A stretch of DNA of 63,644 nt, counting the filler, from Octopus bimaculoides (Eukaryota), in assembly GCF_001194135.2 (NCBI RefSeq). It is 12 parts of 9 records of this genome, joined end to end, with 100 filler letters (N's around TTAATTAATTAA, not from the genome) between each part and the next. Parts side by side here need not be neighbours in the genome. Positions count along the whole stretch, not along the records: positions 53,777 to 63,644 come from NC_068985.1; 11 more parts are not named here. One strand, 5' to 3'. The notes below the pieces were generated by a model, which saw only the letters and a program-made list of their open reading frames with translations, did not search any database and had not been told where the DNA came from. Position 1 is the stretch's first letter, and each line of letters starts with the position of its first letter. The translations under genes and the position numbers were made by a program. Below are positions 63,397 to 63,644 of the stretch, in pieces.

Positions 63397-63644
63397 GCAT
63401 CGGCAGACACTAAAACTCCTAGTCGTTATAGACAGTTGACAACGAGATCACGTTCGATTAAGTACAATAAAATTATTAATTGTGTCGATCGATGATGTGG
63501 GTTGTGAATTGCTTGGTCAACTCGTTGCAGTCTGGCTTTCTCTCAGCAACCTGCTATTAATTCAGTGGTAAAACTGAATGAGACTCGCTATTGTTTCATA
63601 ATGAACACATCATTTGATTATACAAGTGACGTGTGTATGTATGA

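Noticed and set aside
40-63410. Numerous ORFs rich in CV/YI/HT/poly-X
   Set aside because: They are translations of (TG)n, (TA)n, (TATG)n, trinucleotide runs or N gaps, with no domain content.

Overview
AT-rich, microsatellite-dense animal genomic DNA from a gapped draft assembly. I recognise its three abundant tRNA-derived SINE families as Octopus-type, so a coleoid cephalopod is likely; this is inference, not proof. Three real genes are supported. (1-2) A tail-to-tail pair of single-coding-exon membrane UDP-glycosyltransferases: UGT-A (+, 22337-23851) and UGT-B (-, 25669-27183). (3) A caspase-3/7-like gene (-, 35025-35810, possibly starting at 35890). The ORF track hides the main observation: both the caspase and UGT-A are cut by one in-frame stop, and the conserved, colinear reading frame continues past it to a natural C-terminus. 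In the caspase the stop is a UAG exactly at the conserved Trp of the YSWR motif (caspase-3 W206). UAG is the preferred ADAR triplet, and A-to-I editing (UAG to UIG, read as Trp) would restore the residue. This makes it a candidate editing-gated caspase in a lineage known for extensive recoding, although a young pseudogene is the simpler explanation. The rest is transposon debris: SINEs, R4/Dong, CR1/L2, RTE and Penelope-like fragments, a Helitron remnant, hAT and Tc1/mariner MITEs, and a foldback element with a telomere-repeat core and 6-bp target-site duplication. Most other ORFs in the track are microsatellite or N-gap artefacts.
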